This document shows positions 42,402 to 52,035 of a DNA stretch of 64,000 bases, in pieces. Each line of letters begins with the position of its first letter. Within the stretch, counting starts at the first letter, position 1. This DNA is from Deltaproteobacteria bacterium (GTDB lineage: Bacteria > Desulfobacterota > GWC2-55-46 > JADFVP01), in the NCBI GenBank assembly GCA_029262515.1, contig JAJCZH010000020.1:65457-129456 (forward strand), in the 5' to 3' direction. The translations under genes and the position numbers were made by a program. Below the pieces are notes generated by a model. The model did not search any database. It had not been told where the DNA came from and saw only the letters and a program-made list of their open reading frames with translations.

Positions 42402-43034
42402 TCAGGCCCTGGTATCTATCGCCTCATTCGCCAAACTATCTGCCTCCGCATTGCGCTCTCTTCTAACGTGCGCTATCTCAAAAAAAATGAGTGAGCTGGA
42501 AAGCGCCATCACCCGCTCGTACAGCGGCCTCAGGTCCGGACTCTTTACCCTGTAGAGCCCCTTCACCTGCTTGACCACAAGCTCGGAATCGGCCATTACG
42601 CTGAGCCTCTTTATCCCGAAACGGTGTGCAGACTCCAGAGCAACAATCAACGCCGAGTACTCGGCCACGTTGTTGGTAACAGATCCGAGAAACTTCTTGA
42701 GCCTCTTAAACGGATTGCCATCAGGATCGAGTATCAGCACCCCGGCGCCAGCCGTGCCGGGATTACCGCGCGAAGCGCCATCGACGAAAGCGGTATACCG
42801 ACCGGAGGCATCTACCTTGTGGCTCTCGCAAACTTTCTCCGCCTCGGCAACGCCGATTGCGTTAGATTTAACAGGCAACTCACCGGCAGAAGCAGGTACA
42901 AGGCCGGCGAGGATATCTCTTGCTTTCTCTGGTGTTATACCTAAGTTGCTTATTGTCAAGGCAAGATCAAAGGTGCCGGAGAGTTCCAGCAAAAAGGCTC
43001 TGACAAGGTCGGTTCCTTCGGGGAGACGTGCCAT
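42402..43034 (-). CDS. rnhA: Ribonuclease HI (archaeal/actinobacterial type) with N-terminal extension
   Basis: DGASRGNPG, TNNVAEY, DSELVVKQ, HVRRERNAEADSLAN. Confidence 0.9.
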   Translation of the reverse strand: MARLPEGTDLVRAFLLELSGTFDLALTISNLGITPEKARDILAGLVPASAGELPVKSNAIGVAEAEKVCESHKVDASGRYTAFVDGASRGNPGTAGAGVLILDPDGNPFKRLKKFLGSVTNNVAEYSALIVALESAHRFGIKRLSVMADSELVVKQVKGLYRVKSPDLRPLYERVMALSSSLIFFEIAHVRRERNAEADSLANEAIDTRA

Positions 43035-43038
43035 AAAG

Positions 43039-43761
43039 TTAAACCGCTGCGGGCTGATCCTCTACGTACAGGATTCTATGGCAGTGCGGGCACGAAATGA
43101 GTTCATCCTCCCCGCGGCTGAGCTGCACGTAGAGTTGCGGCGGAACATGTATATAACAACCCTGGCAGGCTTCGTCCTTAACAGGAACTACGGCCCGACC
43201 ACCCCGGCTAGACTTGATAGCCTCATACTTGTCAAGCAGACTCTGAGGAATATCGCGCACAAGCTCGTCCCTTTGCTTGCTCTTATCCTCAACGGCCTTC
43301 TCTCTACCGTCCTTACCGGCATCAAGCTCGGAAGTTAACCGCTCCAGCTCTTGCTCTTTCTCCTCTATCTCGGCCATCTTAGCATCAACTTCAGCCTGCT
43401 TTTCATCAAACTTGGCCTGTACTGTTGACAGCTCTTGTTCTATATTCTTTGAGGTCTTCGTTCCCTGGCTCTTTTCGCGTGTAAGCGCCTTCAGCTCACG
43501 GTCGTTCTTGACCTCGCCCATACGGTCTACGGCCTTCTTCACCCTTGCGTTAGTCTCTTCGAGATGAAGTTGCACACCGCTGCGCTGAGTGGTAAACTCA
43601 GCCAATTCAGCCTCCAGCCTTTCGACAATCCCTTGTGCGCTCTTGATTCCGACTTCGACACCATCTATGGCTTGCCGAACGGAAGATGCCTCACCCTCTA
43701 CAGCACCTATCTCAAGATCTATACGTTGAATCTGCTCAAGTCTTTTTATCGGGTACTGCAT
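43039..43761 (-). CDS. Coiled-coil protein with C4 zinc ribbon (DUF164/CT398-like)
   Basis: Long coiled coil then CQGC...CPHCHRILY. Confidence 0.9.
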   Translation of the reverse strand: MQYPIKRLEQIQRIDLEIGAVEGEASSVRQAIDGVEVGIKSAQGIVERLEAELAEFTTQRSGVQLHLEETNARVKKAVDRMGEVKNDRELKALTREKSQGTKTSKNIEQELSTVQAKFDEKQAEVDAKMAEIEEKEQELERLTSELDAGKDGREKAVEDKSKQRDELVRDIPQSLLDKYEAIKSSRGGRAVVPVKDEACQGCYIHVPPQLYVQLSRGEDELISCPHCHRILYVEDQPAAV

Positions 43762-43890
43762 TCGATATTACCGCCTCTCCCGCTCTCATACTTTTCAAAG
43801 GTTTATAACTTTCCTGATGTGCTACCGAAGAATAAACATTGTACATAGAGCGTTCTATAACTGCTACAGGAACATGTCCTGTCTCTATTC

Positions 43891-43966
43891 TGGTGGGCCC
43901 ACCAGGACTCGAACCTGGGACCAACCGGTTATGAGCCGGTGGCTCTTCCAACTGAGCTATGGGCCC
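43891..43966 (-). tRNA. tRNA with CAT anticodon, probably tRNA-Ile2 (lysidine)
   Basis: GGGCCCATAGCTCAGTTGGAAGAGCCACCGGCT-CAT-AACCGGTTGGTCCCAGGTTCGAGTCCTGGTGGGCCCACCA; Ile2-like GGGCCC acceptor stem; promoter TTGACA-17-TAGAAT at 44074-44102. Confidence 0.92.
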
Positions 43967-44172
43967 TTGTCTGCTTAACCTTAAAACCTTGCCACACCAT
44001 CGTCAATAGCACCTTTATCATATTTATTATAGTGATACAGGCAACCGACAGAGGTAACGGGCTGTAATGTACAATTCTATGAATACTGGCCTCCATTGTC
44101 AAGCCGTTTTAAGGCATATGCCCTTATTTATTGAAAAAAGGCAGCAACCCGACCACGAGCGGCCCGGCAATT

Positions 44173-46794
44173 TTACTCTGAAGTGTCCAGTTTATCTATC
44201 TGTTTAAGCACAAACTCACGCTCCTGTTCAATACTCTCTATCTCGCCATCAAGCCTGAGTGCAAGAATCTTTTCGAGTATTGTGCCCACTTCAGGGCCCT
44301 CGGAAACTCCCATCGTTATCAGATCGCTTCCCCTCAAAAGGGAACTCTCGCTGCCAAGCCTGGTAATGTAATGCGAAATCGCTTCGCGCGTGGCCTCACC
44401 CTCGGATCGCGCCATCATATAAATAAGAGTCTCAACAGGAAAAGGCCTGCACAGATTATACAATGTGCTGCCGGTACCCACAGCGCCGTTTTCGATTCTA
44501 CCGAGCGCCCTGAGCGCAGCCCCCCTCGATCCGAGGACATTGAGTCTTCTGCGTCCGCTTACCTTAAGCTCTTCGGCCAGAGCCACCAGCTCACTCTCTG
44601 TAAGCGGACCGGTAAGAACAAGCAGAAAGACCAGCCACTCTTCGGCCTCTTCATCTCTGTAAAGAAGCCTGTACCAGACGAGGGTATCGCGCGCGCGCTC
44701 AAAGAGCGCCTCAACAGAGCCGTTCCACTCTATAGAAGGATGGATAAACTTAACAACCCCTAGTTCATAGAGCCGCTTGACAGTCCGTGTCGGCGACTCT
44801 TCGGCAAAAACATGTTTAAACTCATCGAAGAGCCTTATTGCGGACACATTACCTACAAGACCGCTCTTGACCGCGTTTCTGATCAGGTTCAGGGTGTGCC
44901 TGTCTATCTTAAAGCCGAACTTTTCACTGAAACGAATCGCTCTAACGGCCCGCGTCGGATCCTCTACAAAGCTCAGGTTATGCAACACCCTGATCCTGTG
45001 CTCCTTAAGATCCTTCTGTGCTCCAAAGAAATCGATAAGCCCTCCGAAACCGGACGGGTGGAGGGCAACGGCGAGCGTATTTATTATAAAGTCGCGCCTG
45101 TATAGATCGAGCTTGAGCGACGACTGCTCTATTGTCGGAAGCGAACCCGGTTTTTCATAATACTCGAGGCGTGCCGTTGCGACATCTATCTTAAAACCGT
45201 CGGGAAAGACCAGCACCGCAGTCTTGAACCGGGAGTGCGCCCTAACATGCAACCCCTTTTCAGACGCGAACTCACGGGCAAACTCTATCCCGTCTCCCCC
45301 TTCTACCACTATATCTATGTCGAGGTTTTCACGCCTTAAGAGCAGGTCCCTGACCACACCGCCGACAAGGTACAACTTCATACCCATTCGCTCGGCAACC
45401 GTGCCCGCCTCCTTCAATACTTCAACGAGCCATTCGGGAAGCTTCTCGCTCATAAGGCCCGTTACATGTCTCATCCTGGAAGAACCAGTCCCTGCCGGAG
45501 TTGCGCTCAACTCTTCCTGCAAAAGTTTCAGAAGGTCGGTACGGGTAATTACCCCGACAAGTTCATCCCCGCGCTCAACCGGCAACAGCCTCTGGCCATG
45601 CTTAACTACCTTATCTCTTATCTCATCAACTGAAGTGGAAACGTCTACTGTCTCGCACTCCGTCATCATATAATCACTTACGGCTGCGTTATCAAGCCCG
45701 TGATAGAGCGCCTTGTCTACCACCTGCCGCGTAATGACACCCGAGATATCACCACTGTCTACGACCGGCAGCGCATTTACGTTATAACGGCGCATTATAA
45801 CCAAAACCTCTTTAAGACCAGCAACCGGGGTAACCGTAATGGGTGGAAAACTCATTATCTCTTCGGCCCGTCTCACCGGCACCAACATCTCTTTCAAGAC
45901 AACGAGCAACCTCTCTCGCGCCTGTATAACGGTAACGCCTTTTAACGTCACCGAGGCCGCGCCCTTGTGCCCGCCACCGCCGAGCTCTCTCAGGACTGCG
46001 CCCACATCGACTCTGCTTTCCGAAGAGCGCGCAACAACATGTACCCTGTCTCCCGAATCGACCAGCATAAAGAGGTTTTTCACCCCTCCGACTTCGGTTA
46101 TCTTCTCGGCCAGCGTAGAAATTTCACCCCTGTACTCATCCAGCGAGCCCTCCACTATCGACACATCGACGTCTCCTACCGTATAGATCATGCGCGACTG
46201 CAACAGGTCGTTGAGCAGAGCGACCTCGGAAGGGCTCAGTTCATGCCTGAGCATTTCAGAGACTAAAGAAAGATCGGCGCCAAAGGGAAAAAGAAAGGCC
46301 GCGGCCTCGTAATCGGCCATAGTGGTTGAACGGTACGTGAGGTTACCGGTATCTTCGTAGATGCCGGCCATAAAGAGAGTCGCTTCGATGGAGGTAAGCT
46401 CAAATCCTCTTTCTTTGAGAAGAAGAGAGAGCACGGTCGCAGTAGAGCCGTAAGGCTTTATGACCTCGACAGAACCGCGTATGGCACCGGTTACCTCAGG
46501 ATGATGGTCGTAGATATGAATATCGAGCCCTTGCCGTCCGACTATTCCGGCAAACGGGCCTATACGCGAAGCGTGGCGTACGTCAACGAGAATAAGCCTC
46601 TCGACACTGTCCATATCAATATCAGAGGGCTTCTCCACAGCGCATGGTAGATCGAGGCCCTTAAGCGCCGTAGTTAAGGCGCGCTCTATTGAACCGGACC
46701 AGACAAGACGAGCCCCGGGATAGAGCCTTCTGGCAGCTATCATCGATGCAAGAGTATCGAAGTCGGCATTTATATGCGAGGTTATGACCTCCAT
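44173..46794 (-). CDS. DHH-DHHA1-CBS-CBS-class II tRNA nucleotidyltransferase (probably A-adding)
   Basis: SHINADFD, YDHHP, GGGGHKGAAS, CBS pair, VGGVVRD..DIDI, DLYRRDF, EDPTR. Confidence 0.9.
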   Translation of the reverse strand: MEVITSHINADFDTLASMIAARRLYPGARLVWSGSIERALTTALKGLDLPCAVEKPSDIDMDSVERLILVDVRHASRIGPFAGIVGRQGLDIHIYDHHPEVTGAIRGSVEVIKPYGSTATVLSLLLKERGFELTSIEATLFMAGIYEDTGNLTYRSTTMADYEAAAFLFPFGADLSLVSEMLRHELSPSEVALLNDLLQSRMIYTVGDVDVSIVEGSLDEYRGEISTLAEKITEVGGVKNLFMLVDSGDRVHVVARSSESRVDVGAVLRELGGGGHKGAASVTLKGVTVIQARERLLVVLKEMLVPVRRAEEIMSFPPITVTPVAGLKEVLVIMRRYNVNALPVVDSGDISGVITRQVVDKALYHGLDNAAVSDYMMTECETVDVSTSVDEIRDKVVKHGQRLLPVERGDELVGVITRTDLLKLLQEELSATPAGTGSSRMRHVTGLMSEKLPEWLVEVLKEAGTVAERMGMKLYLVGGVVRDLLLRRENLDIDIVVEGGDGIEFAREFASEKGLHVRAHSRFKTAVLVFPDGFKIDVATARLEYYEKPGSLPTIEQSSLKLDLYRRDFIINTLAVALHPSGFGGLIDFFGAQKDLKEHRIRVLHNLSFVEDPTRAVRAIRFSEKFGFKIDRHTLNLIRNAVKSGLVGNVSAIRLFDEFKHVFAEESPTRTVKRLYELGVVKFIHPSIEWNGSVEALFERARDTLVWYRLLYRDEEAEEWLVFLLVLTGPLTESELVALAEELKVSGRRRLNVLGSRGAALRALGRIENGAVGTGSTLYNLCRPFPVETLIYMMARSEGEATREAISHYITRLGSESSLLRGSDLITMGVSEGPEVGTILEKILALRLDGEIESIEQEREFVLKQIDKLDTSE

Positions 46795-46950
46795 AAGCCG
46801 ATATTAACATACTTGCCCTTTAGCTTACAGCGATTTTGTTTCCGGGCTATTAACCTCTCTAATTACTAACCTCTCTATCTAATAGAGACTCAAAAGCGTA
46901 AGGCCTTAATACCATGCGCGGCTGCCACAAGCAGAAATGGCCCCGAAAGC

Positions 46951-46989
46951 AGAAAGGCCCCCTGGGTAATTATTACAGGGGGCCTTTCT
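46951..46989 (-). terminator. Terminator hairpin closing the multiheme cluster
   Basis: 14-bp inverted repeat AGAAAGGCCCCCTG-11 nt-CAGGGGGCCTTTCT, 33 nt past the stop. Confidence 0.8.
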
Positions 46990-47022
46990 AAAACAGTATC
47001 GGTCTGCGGCTAATAAGAACGG

Positions 47023-47904
47023 TTACTTCTTTTTGTCCTTCGACTCGTCCTCGTCCTCGTCCTCTTTCTCTACAGGCACAGGAGGCGCCGGCTGCGAATG
47101 GCACCTGAAGCAGTCCTCGAGCGGAAAAGAGACTGTGCCGTGACAGGTGCCGCAATACTGGCCGGCTATAATCTTCAACATATGCATATCCTTATTGCCT
47201 CCGGCCTTCTCTTTAAAGATGCTCGGATGGCAATTTGCACATGTAAGCTGCTCGGTATGCGCCTTGTGCGGAAACTTCACATCCGGCGGATGAGGCGTCA
47301 TCTTGACCGCCGGTATAATTATATCGGTATCTAGAACCTTCAGTTTCTCGCCCCCGGAACTCAGTTTTATGTCGCGCTTCCTCAGCGCTTTCACCCAGTT
47401 TACCCTGTTGCCAAAGTCGTCTTCCGGCAATGGCTCCCTCAGTTCTTCCATATCACTATTACCGGTATCATCCGCATCGAGACCCGAAGAGTGGCACCTT
47501 GTGCAACTATCTTCGTCATCGGCAGCAAACGCAACCCGGTCATTGTGACACGTAGCGCAGAACTTGCCTTCTTCCATAGCTGAGTGAGTAACACCGGCCT
47601 TGCCGGCTTTGAACGAGTAACCTGAATCGGAATGGCAGGCGCTACAGGTATATTTAACCCTGTGGGCAAGGTGTGAAAAGATTACCGGCTTTACTCCCTT
47701 AGACTCGTCGATACCCTTACCCATCAAGACGTCACCGAACGCATCGGGATTCCTCACCCTTCCGTGACCGCTCCATGCGGCAGCCTTACGGGCCGTATAC
47801 CCATCATCTGTCTTCTTTACCTTTTCTGCGGCATCTGAGTAAAGCGGGGTTAAAAGAAAGACTGCAAGAAACGTAAAAACCAGTGTATGCCTAATAAACC
47901 TCAC
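47023..47904 (-). CDS. Hexaheme cytochrome with two c7-type triheme domains
   Basis: Signal peptide; VIFSHLAH..CSACH..CATCH..CTRCH and VKFPHKAH..CANCH..CGTCH..CFRCH. Confidence 0.9.
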   Translation of the reverse strand: MRFIRHTLVFTFLAVFLLTPLYSDAAEKVKKTDDGYTARKAAAWSGHGRVRNPDAFGDVLMGKGIDESKGVKPVIFSHLAHRVKYTCSACHSDSGYSFKAGKAGVTHSAMEEGKFCATCHNDRVAFAADDEDSCTRCHSSGLDADDTGNSDMEELREPLPEDDFGNRVNWVKALRKRDIKLSSGGEKLKVLDTDIIIPAVKMTPHPPDVKFPHKAHTEQLTCANCHPSIFKEKAGGNKDMHMLKIIAGQYCGTCHGTVSFPLEDCFRCHSQPAPPVPVEKEDEDEDESKDKKK

Positions 47905-47958
47905 TAACCTACCTCCGTGGAGTATGTAACAGATATAAGGCCCAATGCCGCAAGAGAC

Positions 47959-48387
47959 TCAATAGCCCTTGTGGCACGAAGCGCAGAGTTTAAAGTACGA
48001 AACCCGAAGCATATTAGGGTGCCGGGTTTTATTATGTTGCTCGTGGCATGTATTACAGACCAGGAGCCCGCCTTCCGAGACCGGCAACGAGACCGGAAGC
48101 ATGCGTCCCGGCGCTTTTCCCATCGGGTGCCTGACGACAGGGTGATTACCTACATTGCCCGCATGGCACTTTGTGCAGGTTGTAACGGGGTCTGCAAGCA
48201 GTTCTGGCGACTGAGAGACATGGCATATCACGCAACTCTTCTTGTCTCTAAAGTCATGCGGACTTTTCCGCGTCCACTCCTCTTCATCTGCCTGCGCACT
48301 AACACTGCCCGTAAGTATGCAAAGAGCTAGCGAAGATAACAGAACTGCAAGTACCAGTTGTAGTGACTTGCTCAAATTGTTCTCCAT
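47959..48387 (-). CDS. Small tetraheme cytochrome c (doubled-CxxCH type)
   Basis: Signal peptide; CVICH, CTKCH, CNTCHEQH, MLR....LCASCH. Confidence 0.9.
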   Translation of the reverse strand: MENNLSKSLQLVLAVLLSSLALCILTGSVSAQADEEEWTRKSPHDFRDKKSCVICHVSQSPELLADPVTTCTKCHAGNVGNHPVVRHPMGKAPGRMLPVSLPVSEGGLLVCNTCHEQHNKTRHPNMLRVSYFKLCASCHKGY

Positions 48388-48527
48388 AGTGCTCTCAAAA
48401 CGCCAGTTGTGTCATGGAAGAATGTGGCCCTTCCGGGTGAGACCCCTTTAAAACAACAGACCATATCGACAACTTTCAACAGCGATTGCGATCTTCAAAG
48501 TACTACAAAACAAGTGTGGATAAAACA

Positions 48528-50765
48528 TCAATTGGAGCAATCGGCAACGATGTTACAGTCGTAATTGACCTGTGGCGTGCTGATAGTAACCGGAGTAGTA
48601 GAGAAGTCCTTATTACAAACCTCGTCCGTTAACGGAGCCACGGCCCTGAAGCCGATACTACCGCCTGACAGCGTGCTCGGGCGCGTATACGACTCAACGC
48701 ATGCTCCGTTCATCATACGGTACCCAAGCGGATCTCCGGAGCTGCCGGCAGCGCCATTACTGCCGTGAACTCCCTTTATCACATTATCCACAGCGTCGTA
48801 ACCGCCGCCATGACAGGTTAAGCAGAGGTTGCTGAACTTATTGGAATTATTACCCGTGTCTGCGCCAATAGCATAAAACGGAGAGGCGACACCAAGACCG
48901 TCCGGCGGATGGGAGACCCTTGAGTATGAGGCGTATATGCCTACGTAACCCTGGTCTCCGTAAACATCCCTGCGGTGGCAATTATAACAGAAGTTCTGCA
49001 GTGAACCAATACCGGTTGTGTTATTCTTCAAGATCCATTTATTATCAGAACCGTGAGGCCCGACCGGATCACTCGAGACGCTTGAGCCGTGACAATCCGA
49101 GCACGTCATCATAGAGTCATGCTTGACATTATAGTATCCGGCTCTTGCTCCTCCACCGGTAAACTCCACATACCTGAAGGTATTTGAAAGGCCGAGGCCG
49201 TTTATCGGCCAGTTGATATTAGCGCTTACCGGCGGTTTATTCTTACCGCTGGCAAAGACAGGGTGGACCGACATATTGTTGACATTAAAGTCTTTGGTCA
49301 TGTCCGACTGCCTGAGAGTAGAACCGTTGGCATTGCCAGACGGGGCATTCGGCGGCAGGAAACCGTATGCGTAATAAGAGTGGCACTTTAAGCAAAGGTA
49401 CCCTTCGAGGTTGTCAAAGCCGGCTGTGGTCGTGGTAAAATCGACCTCTTGATACGTATTGGCTGCGGTACCCGCCAAAGGCCACGGCGACGGCTTTACT
49501 CCCCAACTTCCTAAAATATTGGGTCCGATTATATTACCGTCGATATCTCCAACCTTATGGTTACCGGGCATTGTGCCGTGAGAGTTGTGGCAGTCCGCGC
49601 ACTCTGCATGCCTGTTACCGCCGAGGTTTACCGCGCTCTCTCGGACGGGATCTAAAGATGCCGCCCGCGATGGCACATGAGCGCCGACAGTAGCTTTGAC
49701 ATTATGCTTCGATATGCGGTTGAAGACCGGTTCCATATCTTTAACGGCTACGTTACCGTTATGACAATTGAGACATGTCCACTCCTCTGCATCAACGCTC
49801 TGCGTAACCGGGTTCGTACCCTTTAGAAGAGGCGTACCAGAAGAGCCGGTGTGCGAACGGTGGCATGCTACACAACTCTGCAAGGCCGGCGTATCGTCAC
49901 TAAAATCAGGAGTAACGCCTAAATCCTCATGGAACGGATTCTCACCGAGCCCGTTCCACGTAGCGGTTGAGGTAGAGTGAACCGACGGCATGGTGCTCCA
50001 GTACCTCAAGTCATGGCATGTATTGCAGATTGCCCCGTTATCCAGCGGTTCAACCATCATTTTGGGATAGGCCGTACCATGCGGGTCGTGGCAGCTCCGG
50101 CACTGCACCTGACCGTTGCTATCGAGTTTAACGTTCAACGGTAATGTTGCCGAATCTCTTATTTCGGTATTTGAAGGGTACGACAGAGAATAATCGAATG
50201 AAATCGGATGATCGTCACTAAGGTCTGTGCCTATAAAGGCTGTCGAGACGGATGTCAACATGCCAGAGGTAACGCCAGGCCCCGTTACGGCAAGAATACC
50301 GCCTGGACTCGCCTTGCCGGGAAGGTTTAGCATGGAGCCGAGCGCTATCGTACCGTCGTGGCAAGAGAGGCAGAGCTTTGAAGAGCCGGTGGGCTGCCCC
50401 AGAACTGCCGAGACCGTCTGCGAGGCGTAAATATTGTAGGTGGCGGACGAAGCATCTCTGTTCCACATAGGGTTTGCCGGATTGGAGTTGTGTGGAGTAT
50501 GGCAGAAGACGCATATCTCGCTATTTTGAGTAGTCTTTACATCCGCCTTGGAGAGACTTCCGAAGTTGTGCTTAGTGCCGGCAACAGAGGCGTGCGCAAC
50601 CGGCGCCGTAACCGTCAGCATCAACAGAGCAACTGCAACGACTGACACGGTGCGTAACAGTACAGCCGTATAACCGCTACCGCTGCTAAACATTTCTGTT
50701 GCCATACTCAAGCCTCTTTCATTCTTTTCCATATCCATAACATTCCGTCTCTTTAATTCGCGCAA
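48528..50765 (-). CDS. Undecaheme exported cytochrome c with N-terminal OmcE-like domain
   Basis: AHA-S signal site; 11 CxxCH (CVFCH, CLSCH, CRSCH, CNTCH, CVACH, CLNCH, CADCH, CLKCH, CSDCH, CYNCH, CLTCH); start may be a downstream ATG. Confidence 0.88.
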   Translation of the reverse strand: MRELKRRNVMDMEKNERGLSMATEMFSSGSGYTAVLLRTVSVVAVALLMLTVTAPVAHASVAGTKHNFGSLSKADVKTTQNSEICVFCHTPHNSNPANPMWNRDASSATYNIYASQTVSAVLGQPTGSSKLCLSCHDGTIALGSMLNLPGKASPGGILAVTGPGVTSGMLTSVSTAFIGTDLSDDHPISFDYSLSYPSNTEIRDSATLPLNVKLDSNGQVQCRSCHDPHGTAYPKMMVEPLDNGAICNTCHDLRYWSTMPSVHSTSTATWNGLGENPFHEDLGVTPDFSDDTPALQSCVACHRSHTGSSGTPLLKGTNPVTQSVDAEEWTCLNCHNGNVAVKDMEPVFNRISKHNVKATVGAHVPSRAASLDPVRESAVNLGGNRHAECADCHNSHGTMPGNHKVGDIDGNIIGPNILGSWGVKPSPWPLAGTAANTYQEVDFTTTTAGFDNLEGYLCLKCHSYYAYGFLPPNAPSGNANGSTLRQSDMTKDFNVNNMSVHPVFASGKNKPPVSANINWPINGLGLSNTFRYVEFTGGGARAGYYNVKHDSMMTCSDCHGSSVSSDPVGPHGSDNKWILKNNTTGIGSLQNFCYNCHRRDVYGDQGYVGIYASYSRVSHPPDGLGVASPFYAIGADTGNNSNKFSNLCLTCHGGGYDAVDNVIKGVHGSNGAAGSSGDPLGYRMMNGACVESYTRPSTLSGGSIGFRAVAPLTDEVCNKDFSTTPVTISTPQVNYDCNIVADCSN

Positions 50766-50786
50766 AATCTAATCGACCGATACGGG

Positions 50787-51893
50787 TTACGATAACTTAC
50801 CACCTTCACCGAGGTGTTCGAATATCTGAATTCTTCTGTTATAAGAGTCCGCTACATAGATATAACCGCCGGAATCTATAAAGAGCCCGCTCGGCATCCA
50901 GAAAGCCCCTCTTGCGTCCCCGATACTGCCGAAGTTGAGCATAAAGTTTCCGTCGCGGTCAAATATCTGAACCGTATCGAACAGGGCGTCTGCAACATAT
51001 ATATTGCCGTCCATGTCTACGGCTATGCCCTTGGGCCTGCCGAAATCCCCGGAGCCGTCACCCTGCGTGCCGAAGCTTGATATGAACCTGCCACCGGAAT
51101 CGAATATCTGAACCTTGTAGTTCATCGTATCTACGACATAGACATCAGACCTGCGGTCTAGGAATATATCTACCGGAAAACTGAATTTACCTTTCGTATC
51201 ACCGCGCCCGCCGAAGGTCTTGACCCCACTGCCGTCAAGGTTTGACATACGGACATTATGAGAGCCGGTATCAACAACATAGAGCCGTTTGGCGGACTTG
51301 TTTATCGCAAGACCCGTAGGCCTTTTTCCGACATTGAACCCACTCACGTACTTGCCGTTAAAATTAAAGACATAGACCTTTGCCGCAATAGAATCGGTTA
51401 CGTAGATATTGTCCTGCCCGTCCACGGCCACGCCTATCAAAGAAATAAAAGCAAAATCTCCTGCGCGCTCTATACGGCTGTACTTCTTCTCTTTCATATC
51501 ATAAATGTGGATAAGCTTGAGAGCGGTGTCGGCAACGAGAATCCTGCCTCTTGAATCGACCGTAAGCCCGTAGGGCTTTACCATGTTATTGACCTTGGCA
51601 CCAAAGAGAACATCGGCAAGCTTCTTGAAAAAACCGCTGCCAGCGCCGATATCCTTAGGCGTTGCAATCACCTTGGAGTAACTTATACGTGGAGGCGCCG
51701 GTGGAGAGGGCCAGATAAGGGCCTTTTGCGAACTTAAATCTTCGGTATCGTCCCCCTTGGAGGCAGTGCAGGACGGAAGCGTCACCCCGAGCGTAACAAG
51801 CATAAGAACGGTAAGGATAGAAAGTCCAAAACGGGCTCTCAGGGCAACAACGCCGGAGGTTAGCGAGAAAGAGGTAGCGGCTATCTTTTCCAT
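50787..51893 (-). CDS. NHL-repeat 6-bladed beta-propeller lipoprotein
   Basis: LPSC lipobox-like site; WPSPPAPPRI; six P.G.A.D..G.IYVAD..N.RIQ.F repeats; ATG 51893 has GGAG RBS (track start 51989). Confidence 0.88.
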   Translation of the reverse strand: MEKIAATSFSLTSGVVALRARFGLSILTVLMLVTLGVTLPSCTASKGDDTEDLSSQKALIWPSPPAPPRISYSKVIATPKDIGAGSGFFKKLADVLFGAKVNNMVKPYGLTVDSRGRILVADTALKLIHIYDMKEKKYSRIERAGDFAFISLIGVAVDGQDNIYVTDSIAAKVYVFNFNGKYVSGFNVGKRPTGLAINKSAKRLYVVDTGSHNVRMSNLDGSGVKTFGGRGDTKGKFSFPVDIFLDRRSDVYVVDTMNYKVQIFDSGGRFISSFGTQGDGSGDFGRPKGIAVDMDGNIYVADALFDTVQIFDRDGNFMLNFGSIGDARGAFWMPSGLFIDSGGYIYVADSYNRRIQIFEHLGEGGKLS

Positions 51894-52035
51894 ACTCCTA
51901 TCAGTGCTCCCTTTACTATTTTGCTTACTCTTTGGCATATTTTTCAGTACACTCCCTGACATATCAGCACTTACCGTTATTGAGACCAAACCCGTGCCAA
52001 CGACTTGTCAACACAAGACCTGCCGTCTTCTCGAT

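Noticed and set aside
43736..43951. ORF over tRNA-Ile2 (likewise 56394-56579 over tRNA-Cys)
   Set aside because: Translations of tRNA sequence
48515..48523. DnaA box TGTGGATAA (and a 1-mismatch box at 39312-39320)
   Set aside because: Isolated single boxes with no oriC context; expected by chance
51984..52000. Sigma54-like TTGGCACGGGTTTGGT upstream of the NHL gene
   Set aside because: The -12 element reads TGGT rather than TTGC; too weak to call
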